Shown piece after piece: positions 10,096-19,781 of a stretch of DNA of 64,000 bases; the stretch's first letter is position 1; each line of letters opens with the position of its first letter. This stretch comes from an uncultured delta proteobacterium (GTDB lineage: Bacteria > Desulfobacterota > Zymogenia > Zymogenales > Zymogenaceae): NCBI GenBank assembly GCA_963735595.1, contig CAVTLK010000004.1:384001-448000 (forward strand). The letters are read 5' to 3'. A program made the translations under genes and the position numbers. The notes under the pieces were generated by a model. The model worked only from the letters and a program-made list of their open reading frames with translations, did not search any database and had not been told where the DNA came from.

Positions 10096-10314
10096 CTTGA
10101 AGAGATACGTCAATTCGGATGGGTCCTGGTTATCATCGGGCTCGTGATCGTCCTCGCGGGAGGATTGCTTATCTCCGGCAAGATCCCGTTTTTAGGAAGG
10201 CTCCCCGGAGACATCGTAGTCACGCGTGAGCATTTCACGCTCTATTTTCCGATCGTCAGCATGCTGATTATCAGTGCGGTCATCTCGGTAATACTTTTTC
10301 TTATGCGTAAATAG
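10096..10314 (+). CDS. DUF2905 family small membrane protein (start uncertain)
   Basis: LGRLPGDI...FTLYFPIVS.LIIS motif; no in-frame ATG/GTG/TTG nearby, possibly because of an indel. Confidence 0.8.
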   Translation, partial: LEEIRQFGWVLVIIGLVIVLAGGLLISGKIPFLGRLPGDIVVTREHFTLYFPIVSMLIISAVISVILFLMRK

Positions 10315-10330
10315 TATATCGGAGGGAATC

Positions 10331-10909
10331 ATGCCGGACAAGGGAGTGTTCTGGGAGGGAATATCCGAGGGGATGGCGCAGAAGCTCGAGAAACTCGTGG
10401 CGAAAGTACCGCTCCTGGGGGATTACCTTCGCCGGGAAAACGCCCGTGAGCGGGACAAGATCGTCCGAGAACACATCGCCCAGCGGATTGACCACCTCAA
10501 AGGGGTGGTGATGAAGCAGATGGAGGCAATGACCGAAAAGAAGATCCTCACGGGGCTCGACAAGCTTGACCGGCTTTCCCGCAGGCTCGATAAGCTCCGT
10601 GATACGATCAAGTTCACCTCCCACGGCTATTCGGGGGTGTTCGAACGGGTCAGGATCCTCGATGCAGAGCTTGAGCGCCTTATGGAATACGACCTGGCTA
10701 TCCTCTTGAAGGTGGAGGATATGGAAAAGCAGATCTCGGCAATCCCCGCCGACGAAGCCAGGGCCGATAAGGAGATTGCGGCGCTCATGTCTTTTACCGA
10801 TGATATGGAGAGGACTATAGAGGAGCGTATGTACGCCGTTACCAAGGGCATCCAGGAAACGCCCCCTCCGGCAGGCGGAGAACCAGGGGGCGGCACGCCG
10901 GAACTGTAG
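10331..10909 (+). CDS. All-helical/coiled-coil hypothetical protein in the SPFH operon
   Basis: GGAGGG SD; amphipathic helices; GYSGVF motif; closely spaced with the SPFH gene. Confidence 0.75.
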   Translation: MPDKGVFWEGISEGMAQKLEKLVAKVPLLGDYLRRENARERDKIVREHIAQRIDHLKGVVMKQMEAMTEKKILTGLDKLDRLSRRLDKLRDTIKFTSHGYSGVFERVRILDAELERLMEYDLAILLKVEDMEKQISAIPADEARADKEIAALMSFTDDMERTIEERMYAVTKGIQETPPPAGGEPGGGTPEL

Positions 10910-10924
10910 AGGAGGTAAGTGCTC

Positions 10925-12070
10925 ATGGCCGAGTATCTTGATATATTCGAGTATTTTTTTGAGGACCCGACCGAGATCGTTCACCGGATTCCCGAGTCGG
11001 GCTCAGGAGAGACGAAGCTGGGCGCCCAGCTGGTCGTCAGGGAAAGCCAGTCGGCGGTCTTCTTCAGGGACGGGAAGGGTCTGGATGTCTTTGGTGCGGG
11101 CCGGCATACCCTCACCACCATGAACCTCCCTCTGGTAACCAAGCTGCTGGCGCTACCGTTCGGCGGCAAGAGCCCGTTCAGATGTGAGGTCCTCTTCATC
11201 AACATGAAGGTATTTACCGACATGAAGTGGGGGACAAGGAACCCGGTTGCGTTTCGGGATTCGGAGTTCGGACTGGTAAGGCTTCGGGCCTACGGCAACT
11301 TTACTATGCGTATCACGCAGCCGCTGCTGTTTGTCAATACCATCGTTGCCACCAAGGGAGTGTTTACCACCGAGGGTATCGCCGGGTATCTTCGGGACGT
11401 TATTGTTTCGCGCCTTAACGACTTTCTGGGCGAGCATATGAAGAGCATCCTCGACCTCCCCCAGAATTTCGACGAGCTTTCTGTGGTGGCCAAGGTCAGG
11501 CTCAAAGATGATTTCGCGAAATACGGTATGGAGCTGATCGATTTCTTCGTCAACGAGATCACCCCTCCCGAGGAAGTCCAGAAGATGATCGATGAGCGGA
11601 CGGGAATGGGCGTCGTGGGCGATATGAACAAGTTCCTGAAATACGAAGCGGCCAAGGCCATCGGTAAGTTCGGCGAAGGGGCCGCCGCCGGGGGAGGCGC
11701 GGGATCGGCGGCTGGCGGCGCGGCCGCCGGTGTTGGGACCATCTTCGGGGTGGGCCTGGGCGGAATGATCCCGGGGATGCTCTACCAGGCCGTGAAGGAT
11801 GACTCGGACGCCGAGAAGCAGGGGTACGTACTCTGTCCTAAATGCCATGCCCAGGTTCCGCTAAACGCCCGGTTCTGCAACAGCTGCGGGACCCAGCTGG
11901 TGGTCATCAATAAGTGCGCCCACTGCGGTAAAGACCTGCCGGCGGAGGCAAAGTTCTGCTCCGTCTGCGGGAAGACGGTGGGAAAAGAGACAAAGTGCTC
12001 AAAGTGCGGCGCAATGCTCCCGGCCGGGGCGAAGTTCTGCACGGAATGCGGGGAAAAGACAGGTAAGTGA
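10925..12070 (+). CDS. SPFH/band-7 domain protein (YdjI-like) with three C-terminal zinc ribbons
   Basis: GAQLVVRESQSAVFFRDG, GRHTLTT.NLP, MKWGT, RLRAYG; three CxxC...FCxxCG repeats; ATG 10925 is better spaced from GGAGG than GTG 10919. Confidence 0.85.
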   Translation: MAEYLDIFEYFFEDPTEIVHRIPESGSGETKLGAQLVVRESQSAVFFRDGKGLDVFGAGRHTLTTMNLPLVTKLLALPFGGKSPFRCEVLFINMKVFTDMKWGTRNPVAFRDSEFGLVRLRAYGNFTMRITQPLLFVNTIVATKGVFTTEGIAGYLRDVIVSRLNDFLGEHMKSILDLPQNFDELSVVAKVRLKDDFAKYGMELIDFFVNEITPPEEVQKMIDERTGMGVVGDMNKFLKYEAAKAIGKFGEGAAAGGGAGSAAGGAAAGVGTIFGVGLGGMIPGMLYQAVKDDSDAEKQGYVLCPKCHAQVPLNARFCNSCGTQLVVINKCAHCGKDLPAEAKFCSVCGKTVGKETKCSKCGAMLPAGAKFCTECGEKTGK

Positions 12071-12208
12071 GGCAGGCTTTCGATAGGCCGGCTCTCATCA
12101 GGGACCGCACGATATAGCACCCGGGCACGCCGGCGCCGTAATCGGCACCTGCTTGCCCGGTTTCGTATACAAATCCCGTCCGTCTGTCGGACAGTTCGCA
12201 AGGGATCT

Positions 12209-12937
12209 ATGATTGTCCACTGCTCCCAGTGCGGGGCAAAGATCAACCGGAAGAACGAAAACCGGTTCTTCGACTGTCCCTTTTGCGCATCTTCTCTCGT
12301 CCTGGAAGGGGGGCGGTCGTTTGCCTGCTTTATCATGGAGCACGAACGAAACGAACTATGGGCACGGGCACTCTTCCACGAGCGCCTGAGACGGGCCGGT
12401 GTTGCGGCCAACCACGACAAGGTCGATCTCGAGCTCTCCTACGTCCCCTTCTGGGTGATTCGGCGCGCCGATGGATCCATTACCGCCCACTCGGCGGCAC
12501 AGACTCGCGACCATAACCTCCTGTCTATAAAAGTCCCTCCCGGCCGCCTCGTCTTCTACGAAGAGGGTTCACGTCCGAAGGCCCCTGTTGTACCGCTTAC
12601 CGTGCCTTTTGATCGTGCGCTCGGGGGGAAGGCGGTCAGCGATCTGGGTCGTATCGATCTTGTATATCTACCGGTTTACTTCATGCAAACGGACGGTTCC
12701 GACGGGCCGTGCAGGTTTGCCCTCATCGGGGATTCGTCGCACCTCTATTCCGGCACGTGCGTGCCGGCCGAACGGAGGAATGTCTCAATCAGGTCACTAA
12801 TCTTTTTCTCGGTTGTCGCGGGCCTTTTCGCGACCGCGGGGCTCCTTATCCATGACGTCTACCTGAAGGCCGCCGCTATCGGCATAGGTGGGCTCGTCTG
12901 TGTCATCGTATCGCCCCTGGCACTGGGGCGTAAATAG
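12209..12937 (+). CDS. Zinc-ribbon membrane protein (YdjG-like)
   Basis: CSQCGA...CPFC, YVPFW and VYLPVY motifs, two C-terminal TM helices. Confidence 0.7.
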   Translation: MIVHCSQCGAKINRKNENRFFDCPFCASSLVLEGGRSFACFIMEHERNELWARALFHERLRRAGVAANHDKVDLELSYVPFWVIRRADGSITAHSAAQTRDHNLLSIKVPPGRLVFYEEGSRPKAPVVPLTVPFDRALGGKAVSDLGRIDLVYLPVYFMQTDGSDGPCRFALIGDSSHLYSGTCVPAERRNVSIRSLIFFSVVAGLFATAGLLIHDVYLKAAAIGIGGLVCVIVSPLALGRK

Positions 12938-12945
12938 CGGGAACA

Positions 12946-13974
12946 ATGGCGAAAAATCGGACCGACAACACATCAATCGAAAGGATTCCCGAGCCGGGAG
13001 TAGTCTCAGATCCGGCGAGGAGCCATTTCACGGTGGCGCTTACCTGCCCGTCGTGCGGCGGGAGCTTCGCCTTTGCCGAGGGCAGCACCAGGGTGGTTTG
13101 TGCGCACTGCGGCCGCTCCCACATGCTCGTGGGGGAAAAGGGGGATCTTCGCTACTGGATACCCGGTAAAATACCAGGGTCTCAGGCAACCGGGATCGTA
13201 CGGGCTTTCCTGGAAAAGATCCGGGACGGCAGAATTGTCCATTTTGTCGATACCCGGATTGCCTACGTCCCTTTCTTTCGGGTCAAGGTCACCGGCGGGG
13301 GATGGTATATCGGAAAGGGCGTGGGAATCGACTATTTGTGGCGGGAATACGGCAACCAGCAATCGGTCGTTATCCCCCGTGAGGTTACAAAGAACGTTGT
13401 GGAGGGCTTTTTCAGAGATATCTCATTCTTCGTGCCGGCCGTCGATATATCCGAACTGGGGCTTATCGGACTCTGGGCGAAATCGGCCGCGATCGAGCTG
13501 TTTCCGATGGACCCCGACAAGATTACAACCGGTGAGGTCTACACGCCCCTGAAGGAGCGGGGAACGGCCGCCCGGGAGGCCTGGGCGACGCTGATTGCGT
13601 CCGCGAAACCGGCAGGACTACCGTTGGAATACTTCGAGGCCGAAAAGGTCAGCGAGGAAATATCTCTGATCCATTATCCAATCTGGATAGTCCGGTTTCT
13701 GCTTGACGGCGTCCCCTATCGAGTGGTTATTGACGGCCTCGGGGGGGATATTCTGAACGCACGGGTTGGTAAACGCGGCAGGGTTGCCGCCATCCCCGGC
13801 ATCCTCAGTCTTGCCGTCATTGTATTTCTGGCCACGACGATTCCCTTGCTCCTTGTGATACTGGGAGCCGCGGCGCTTTACTATATCTTCGCTAACGGGT
13901 GGAGATGGTTTTGGGGCACACTGCTCGGAACGTTTCTCTCCCCCTGGCGGGGCGGGGAGGGGGCTATTGAGTAA
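12946..13974 (+). CDS. Zinc-ribbon membrane protein (YdjG-like)
   Basis: CPSCGG...CAHCG, YVPFF, HYPIW, VIDGLGG, C-terminal TM helices. Confidence 0.7.
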   Translation: MAKNRTDNTSIERIPEPGVVSDPARSHFTVALTCPSCGGSFAFAEGSTRVVCAHCGRSHMLVGEKGDLRYWIPGKIPGSQATGIVRAFLEKIRDGRIVHFVDTRIAYVPFFRVKVTGGGWYIGKGVGIDYLWREYGNQQSVVIPREVTKNVVEGFFRDISFFVPAVDISELGLIGLWAKSAAIELFPMDPDKITTGEVYTPLKERGTAAREAWATLIASAKPAGLPLEYFEAEKVSEEISLIHYPIWIVRFLLDGVPYRVVIDGLGGDILNARVGKRGRVAAIPGILSLAVIVFLATTIPLLLVILGAAALYYIFANGWRWFWGTLLGTFLSPWRGGEGAIE

Positions 13975-14638
13975 CCGCAAGTCGATACAGCTGGTCGAGC
14001 TCAAGTGTCCCCGGTGTTCAGGGGATATCGGCATCGGATTCGACGACCGGGCATTCCTCTGCCGGCGCTGTTTAACGCTCTGGGGACAAGCAGGAAACCG
14101 GCTCGTTGAAAAGAAGGTGGAGTGGATCGCGCCCGGCGATTCAGACAGCCGGTATTTCCCGTTCTGGGTATTTCGTATGACCGCCGAAAGCCCGGAGGGC
14201 AGGATAGACGACTTCCATTCCTACTGTAAGTATATCGCGTTTCTCGAGGCCGTTAAGGTCACGGAGAACCGGCCGCTGTCCCTCTTTGTCCTGGCGGTGT
14301 CGCTATCCGTTGAGCGGCACCGGCTTTCGGCGTCGCGGGTGTTTACCTATACCCAACCCGTCCTCGTTCCCGGAAAGCCCGGACGGGGGGTTATCTGGGG
14401 GCCGTGCATGGACGAGCATACCGCGGCCGCTTATGCCCGTGTCATCTTTATCTCCACGCTGGCAGGAGAGAGGAAAGGATCGCGCGATTTCGTCTCCGGA
14501 CTTTCCCTTGCCCTTGACTCACCCCGGCTCTTCTATATCCCGTTTCGGGAGGGTGCCAACGACTACCGGGACGCCATGAAGATCGCCGCGATACCTAAGA
14601 AGCTCCTCACGAACCGGCCGGTGAGCCTGGAGGCATAG
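13967..14638 (+). CDS. Zinc-ribbon protein (YdjG-like, no TM)
   Basis: CPRC...CRRC, YFPFW, FYIPF; TTG start overlaps the previous stop. Confidence 0.65.
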   Translation: MSNRKSIQLVELKCPRCSGDIGIGFDDRAFLCRRCLTLWGQAGNRLVEKKVEWIAPGDSDSRYFPFWVFRMTAESPEGRIDDFHSYCKYIAFLEAVKVTENRPLSLFVLAVSLSVERHRLSASRVFTYTQPVLVPGKPGRGVIWGPCMDEHTAAAYARVIFISTLAGERKGSRDFVSGLSLALDSPRLFYIPFREGANDYRDAMKIAAIPKKLLTNRPVSLEA

Positions 14639-14657
14639 GGGTGCCGGTCGAAAAGGC

Positions 14658-14686
14658 TTGTAACAGGGCTGCATATTATATATAAT
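14658..14686 (+). promoter_or_regulatory. Sigma70 promoter directly before lpxC
   Basis: TTGTAA-17 nt-TATAAT; the predicted TSS falls at about the ATG at 14693. Confidence 0.65.
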
Positions 14687-14692
14687 GACCCG

Positions 14693-15544
14693 ATGATGCA
14701 GCAAACCATACGGGGGGCAGTTTCTACCGACGGCGTGGGGATTCATTCCGGTAATTCCGTAACGCTGACACTTTCTCCTGCCGGGCCCGACGATGGGGTG
14801 GGATTTATTCGGGGAGACGTCGACACCCGGGTGCGGGTTCCCGCACACTTTTCCAAGGTACAGAACACCCAGCTCGCGACGACGCTCACCCAGGATGGCG
14901 TGAGCGTCGCCACCGTGGAGCACCTGACGGCCTCCCTGCTTGCCCTTGGCGTGGATAACGCCACGGTAAGCCTCTCGGGGCCCGAGGTCCCGATACTGGA
15001 CGGGAGCGCCGGGCCGTTCGTTTCGCTCATCAGGTCGGCCGGAATAATAGAGGTGGGCGTACCGAGGAGAGGGGCGCGCATCGTCCGGCCGGTCGCGGTC
15101 ACATCCGGGGACTGCCGGGCAGAACTCTTGCCGGGGTCCGACCGGCTGTCTCTCGATTATACGATTGTCTATGATAATCCCCATATCGGGACGCAACGTT
15201 TTACGTTCGAATTAGCGCCGGAGACCTTCGCCCGGGAGGTAGCCCCCGCCCGCACGTTTGGCCTGGTCAGAGATATCGACGGCATGTATGCGCAGGGTTT
15301 AGCCATGGGGGGGAGCCTCGAAAACGCCGTGATTATCGGCGATGAGGGCGTGCTTAATCCCGGGGGATTGAGATTCGACGATGAGTGTGTCCGCCATAAG
15401 TGCCTGGATGCCGTCGGCGATCTCTCGCTCTTCGGCATGCGTATCCTCGGCAGGTTCGTTGCCTATAAATCGGGTCATCGCCTCAATCATCTCCTTGTGC
15501 AGGAGCTTTTCCGTCAACAGGCTTACGAGATCATACCGATATGA
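14693..15544 (+). CDS. lpxC: UDP-3-O-acyl-N-acetylglucosamine deacetylase
   Basis: GVGIHSG, TVEHL, PILDGSA, APARTFG, GGSLENA, HKCLDAVGDL. Confidence 0.96.
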   Translation: MMQQTIRGAVSTDGVGIHSGNSVTLTLSPAGPDDGVGFIRGDVDTRVRVPAHFSKVQNTQLATTLTQDGVSVATVEHLTASLLALGVDNATVSLSGPEVPILDGSAGPFVSLIRSAGIIEVGVPRRGARIVRPVAVTSGDCRAELLPGSDRLSLDYTIVYDNPHIGTQRFTFELAPETFAREVAPARTFGLVRDIDGMYAQGLAMGGSLENAVIIGDEGVLNPGGLRFDDECVRHKCLDAVGDLSLFGMRILGRFVAYKSGHRLNHLLVQELFRQQAYEIIPI

Positions 15545-16101
15545 AGGCCCGTGTTGTTATACTTATTATCCTGTGCTATGCGCTGGGCGCGTCATGGGCG
15601 TTTGCTCAAAACGTATTTATCGATAACGTCGTCCTCACCAGGTATCAGGACAACCTGTACGTATACTTCAAGCTGGAGGGGCCCTTCACGCGTGAAATGG
15701 ATGAGGCCATCAAGAGCGGAATTGAAACGACCTTTACGTTTTACGTCGTCCTCAAGAGGTATCGCGGCGGTATCCTGTCGGATCCCGAGATCACCGAGCG
15801 CGTCATAAAGCATACCGTAAAATACAACGCACTTCTTCAGGAATATGCGGTCACGCGGGATGAGGAGGGCGCCAAGCCCTTCGTAACAAAAGATTTCGAC
15901 ACCGCAAAGCGGATTATGACCCAGGTAAAGTTTTACCCGCTCGCGCCCCTTACGATGCTCGAAAAAGGCAAAAGCTACCGTATCGAGATAAAGGGCGAGC
16001 TGGAAAAGGCCGATATACCCGAGTCGATCAGATACATCTTCTTTTTTGCGAGAGCGTGGAGTTTTTCAACTCCCTGGTACGTGGAGGGATTTTCATACTA
16101 A
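15541..16101 (+). CDS. DUF4390 domain periplasmic protein
   Basis: Signal peptide; EAIKSGI..TF.F, VKYNAL, W.F.TPW; typical position before ntrY. Confidence 0.75.
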   Translation: MKARVVILIILCYALGASWAFAQNVFIDNVVLTRYQDNLYVYFKLEGPFTREMDEAIKSGIETTFTFYVVLKRYRGGILSDPEITERVIKHTVKYNALLQEYAVTRDEEGAKPFVTKDFDTAKRIMTQVKFYPLAPLTMLEKGKSYRIEIKGELEKADIPESIRYIFFFARAWSFSTPWYVEGFSY

Positions 16102-16116
16102 GGGCACGTCCGACGT

Positions 16117-18359
16117 ATGGGCCGAAATATTCTTAAAAGAAAGAGCGAAGAACTGACATCGGAAGAGACCAGGAAGAAGAGAGAGCGGATTATTATCGTC
16201 ATCTCGGTGATCGCGATCGTCTCCCTGACCGTCTTTGGAACCTATATCACCAGCGAAGACCTCGATATCGGCGTCAATGAGAACTTTATCCTCATTGCCC
16301 TCATTGACGTCAATATTATCCTTTTAATCCTCGTAATCTTCCTTGTCCTGAGAAATCTCGTCAAGCTTATCTTCGAGCGGAAACGGAAGGTAGAAGCGGC
16401 GAAACTGAGAACGAAGCTGGTGCTCTCGTTCGCGGGATTGACGCTGTTTCCGACGGTCGTCATGTTCATCTCGGCGATGCTCTTTTTCAGGACGAGCATG
16501 GACCTTTTCTTCAATGTCCAGGTTGAGCATTCGCTCGACGGGGCGCTGGACATAGCCCAGACCTACTATACCGACGCGACCGAAACGGCCCTTACCTACG
16601 CCAAGGTAATCGGCGCCGAGGTATCGGCGGAAGGCTTACTCACGGAAGAGGCCAGACCTCTGCTTCAGAGCTATATCGATTCCCAGCGGGACATACGGGG
16701 TATTGACCTGGTTACGGTATTCTCGCCCGCTATGGAGGAGCTGGCGACATCAGCAAGTGACGAAATACCCGATATGTCGATGATTCGGTTGAAGACCGAT
16801 CTCTTTACCGAGGCGTTCTCGGGTAAAGCCGTTTCCACCATCCAGACTACCGGGTACGGCGACGTGGTCTGGGCGCTCTTTCCCGGTCATGAACCGTGAT
16901 GAGGTCTCCTGCCTGGTTATGACAGCCGACTTTATCCCCAAGTCGTTACTGCCAAGAATGCTGGCCATCGGCGATTTCCTCGAGGGGTACAAGAAGAACA
17001 AGATACTCAAGGAGCCGATCGTTATTTCGTATTTAATCACCCTTTCGATCATTGCGTTGCTGCTCGTCTTTACCGCGACGTGGCTCGGATTTCTACCTTG
17101 CAAAAGGGTATAACCGTGCCTATTTCGCTGCTGGCTGAGGGAACCAAGAAGGTCGCCGACGGCGATCTTGACGTATACGTCGACGTTTACCACCGACGAC
17201 GAGGTCGGTGTCCTTGTTGATTCGTTTAACAAGATGACCCAGGATCTGAAGATGCAGTCGAGGCGGCTCGAGCGGGCCTATAACGAGCTTTCCCTCAGCA
17301 ACATGGAGATCGAGGCCCGGCGCCGGTATATGGAGATCGTGTTGAAAAACGTGGCCGCCGGCGTTATCTCGGTGGATAAGAACGGCGTCATTACCACGAT
17401 CAATAAATCGGCCGAACGGATGTTAGCTATCAAGACGCCGAAGGTCCTCGATCAGCCCTTTGGGGAGGTTCTCAGGGAGAAACATGCTTCCATCGTAAAT
17501 GGGCTCATCGATGATCTTCTCGCGTCCAAGGAGGGATTTGTACAGCGCCAGGTGGAGATCCCCCTGGAGGACAGGACACTGGTGCTCATGGCAAACCTCA
17601 ATTATCTCATGGATGAAGACGGGAACTACCTCGGGATGGTGGCGGTCTTCGACGATATCACCGAGATCATGAGGGCGCAGAAGATGGCCGCCTGGCGGGA
17701 GGTAGCCCGCCGCATCGCCCATGAGATCAAGAACCCGCTTACCCCCATCAAGCTTTCCGCCCAGCGTATCAGGAAAAAATACCTGGAAAGGCTTACCGAC
17801 GACGGCCAGGTCCTGGATGAGTGCACGCGGACCATCATCACCCAGGTCGAGGAGATGAAGGCGCTGGTCGACGCCTTTTCCCAATTCGCGCGGATGCCGG
17901 CGACGCGTCCCCGCGCCCGAACGATCTTAACGAAATTGTTAAAGGAGACGCTTGCCCTTTACAAAGAGGCTCATAAAAGTATAACCTATAGATTTCTGGC
18001 GGACCGGAACCTTCCCCCCGTAGACCTGGATCGGGAACAGATGAAGCGGGTGCTGATCAACCTTCTGGAAAACGCCGTGGACGCGATAGGGGACAGCGGA
18101 TCCGTCCGGATACGAGACGGCCTTCCTGGCCGAACAGACGAAGGCGCGCCTGGTTATCGCCGATACGGGCCGCGGCGTGACGCCCGAGGCCAAAGACCGG
18201 ATCTTCGAGCCGTACTACTCCACCAAAAAGGGCGGCACGGGACTCGGGCTCACCATCGTCACTACCATTATATCCGATCACCACGGCTACATCCGGGTTT
18301 TCAATAACGAGCCGACGGGCACAAAATTTGTTATCGATCTTCCGATAGGGCTTCAATGA
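16117..18359 (+). CDS. NtrY-like HAMP/PAS sensor histidine kinase, frameshifted in this sequence
   Basis: Fragments across frames: KLRTKLV, DEVGVLVDSFN, AWREVARRIAHEIKNPLTPI, INLLENA, IFEPYYSTKKGGTGLGL; apparent indels near 16880, 17090-17105, 17185, 17910-17940 and 18110. Confidence 0.85.
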
Positions 18360-19723
18360 AAAAAAGAATCTTGATTGTAGACGACGAGGAGAGCATCCGT
18401 AAATCGCTGGTCGGGGCGCTGACCGACGAGGGGTACGAGGTCTTTGACGCCGAAGACGGCAGGAAGGCCCTGGAACTGACCGAGACGACGAGACCCCATC
18501 TGATGCTCCTGGACATCTGGATGCCCCAGATGGACGGGATGGAAGTGCTCAGGAACGGCTCAAGAAGGACTTCCCCGAGGTGGCGGTGATCATGATCTCC
18601 GGCCATGGTACCATCGAGACGGCCGTTAAGGCGGCCAAGCTCGGCGCCTATGACTTTATCGAGAAGCCCCTGTCCCTGGAAAAGATCATCATAACTATCG
18701 ACCACGCCCTCAGGGAAAAGAGCCTCGAGAGCGAGATAAGCCTGTACCGTGCCCGCTTCGATGTCAGCACCACGATCGTCGGGGAGAGCCCCGCGATCAT
18801 CAAGCTCAAGGACGAGATCCAAGATGGCCGCCCCGACCGACAGCTACGTGCTGATCTCGGGGGAAAACGGCACGGGCAAGGAGCTGGTGGCCCGGGCGCT
18901 CTTCGCCATGAGCAGGCGCAGCGACGCCCCTTTTGTGGAGGTCAATTGCGCCGCAATCCCCGAGGAGCTTATCGAAAGCGAGCTCTTCGGCTACGAGAAG
19001 GGCGCGTTTACCGGTGCGGACGCCAAGAAGCTGGGCAAGTTCGATTCGGCCGACGGCGGAACGATCTTCCTGGATGAGATCGGCGATATGAGTCACAAGA
19101 CGCAGGCCAAGATACTGAGGATTCTCCAGGAGGGGACATTCGACCGGGTGGGAGGGCACCAAGACTATCACGGTGGACGCACGGGTGATTGCCGCCACCA
19201 ACCAGAACCTCACCAGGAAAATCGAAGAAGGCGCCTTCCGCGAGGATCTCTATTTTCGTCTGCATGTGCTGCCGCTGACCGTACCGCCATTGCGGGAGCG
19301 TGTCGGCGATATCGGGCTCCTGGTCGAACACTTCATTAACGAGTTTTCTAAGGGGGAGGTCCGGCAGAAAGAAGACTATCGATCCCCGCGCGCTCTATAT
19401 TCTCAACCGGCTACCACTGGCCGGGAAACGTCCGCGAGCTGAAAAACCTTGTCGAGCGGCTCACCATCATGACCAGAGACAGCGTCATCGGCCCGGAGGA
19501 TATCCCGGACTACATCAGGGGTAAGGCGGAGACGGGCGGCGACGAGTCACTCTTTGCCGGCGAGGACATAAAAGAAGCACGGGATCACTTCGAGCGGATA
19601 TTTATTGAGAGGAAAGCTGCGCGAAAATGACTTCAACGTCACACAACGGCCAAGATCCTCAACATGGAGCGCAGTCACCTCCACAAAAAGATCCGGCGTA
19701 TAAGATCGGCGATGGGGAAATAG
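18356..19723 (+). CDS. NtrX-like sigma54-dependent response regulator, frameshifted in this sequence
   Basis: [65 protein letters not shown] and HTH remnants in different frames; end approximate. Confidence 0.85.
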
Positions 19724-19781
19724 TCCGTGATGATCCCGTTAGCGCCAACCACCCTCCGTTTCTAACGGGAGCCCGTTTCCC

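Noticed and set aside
10096..10110. Genuine CTT start codon for DUF2905
   Set aside because: A single missing base would restore TTG-GAA; given the indel errors elsewhere, an artefact is more likely.
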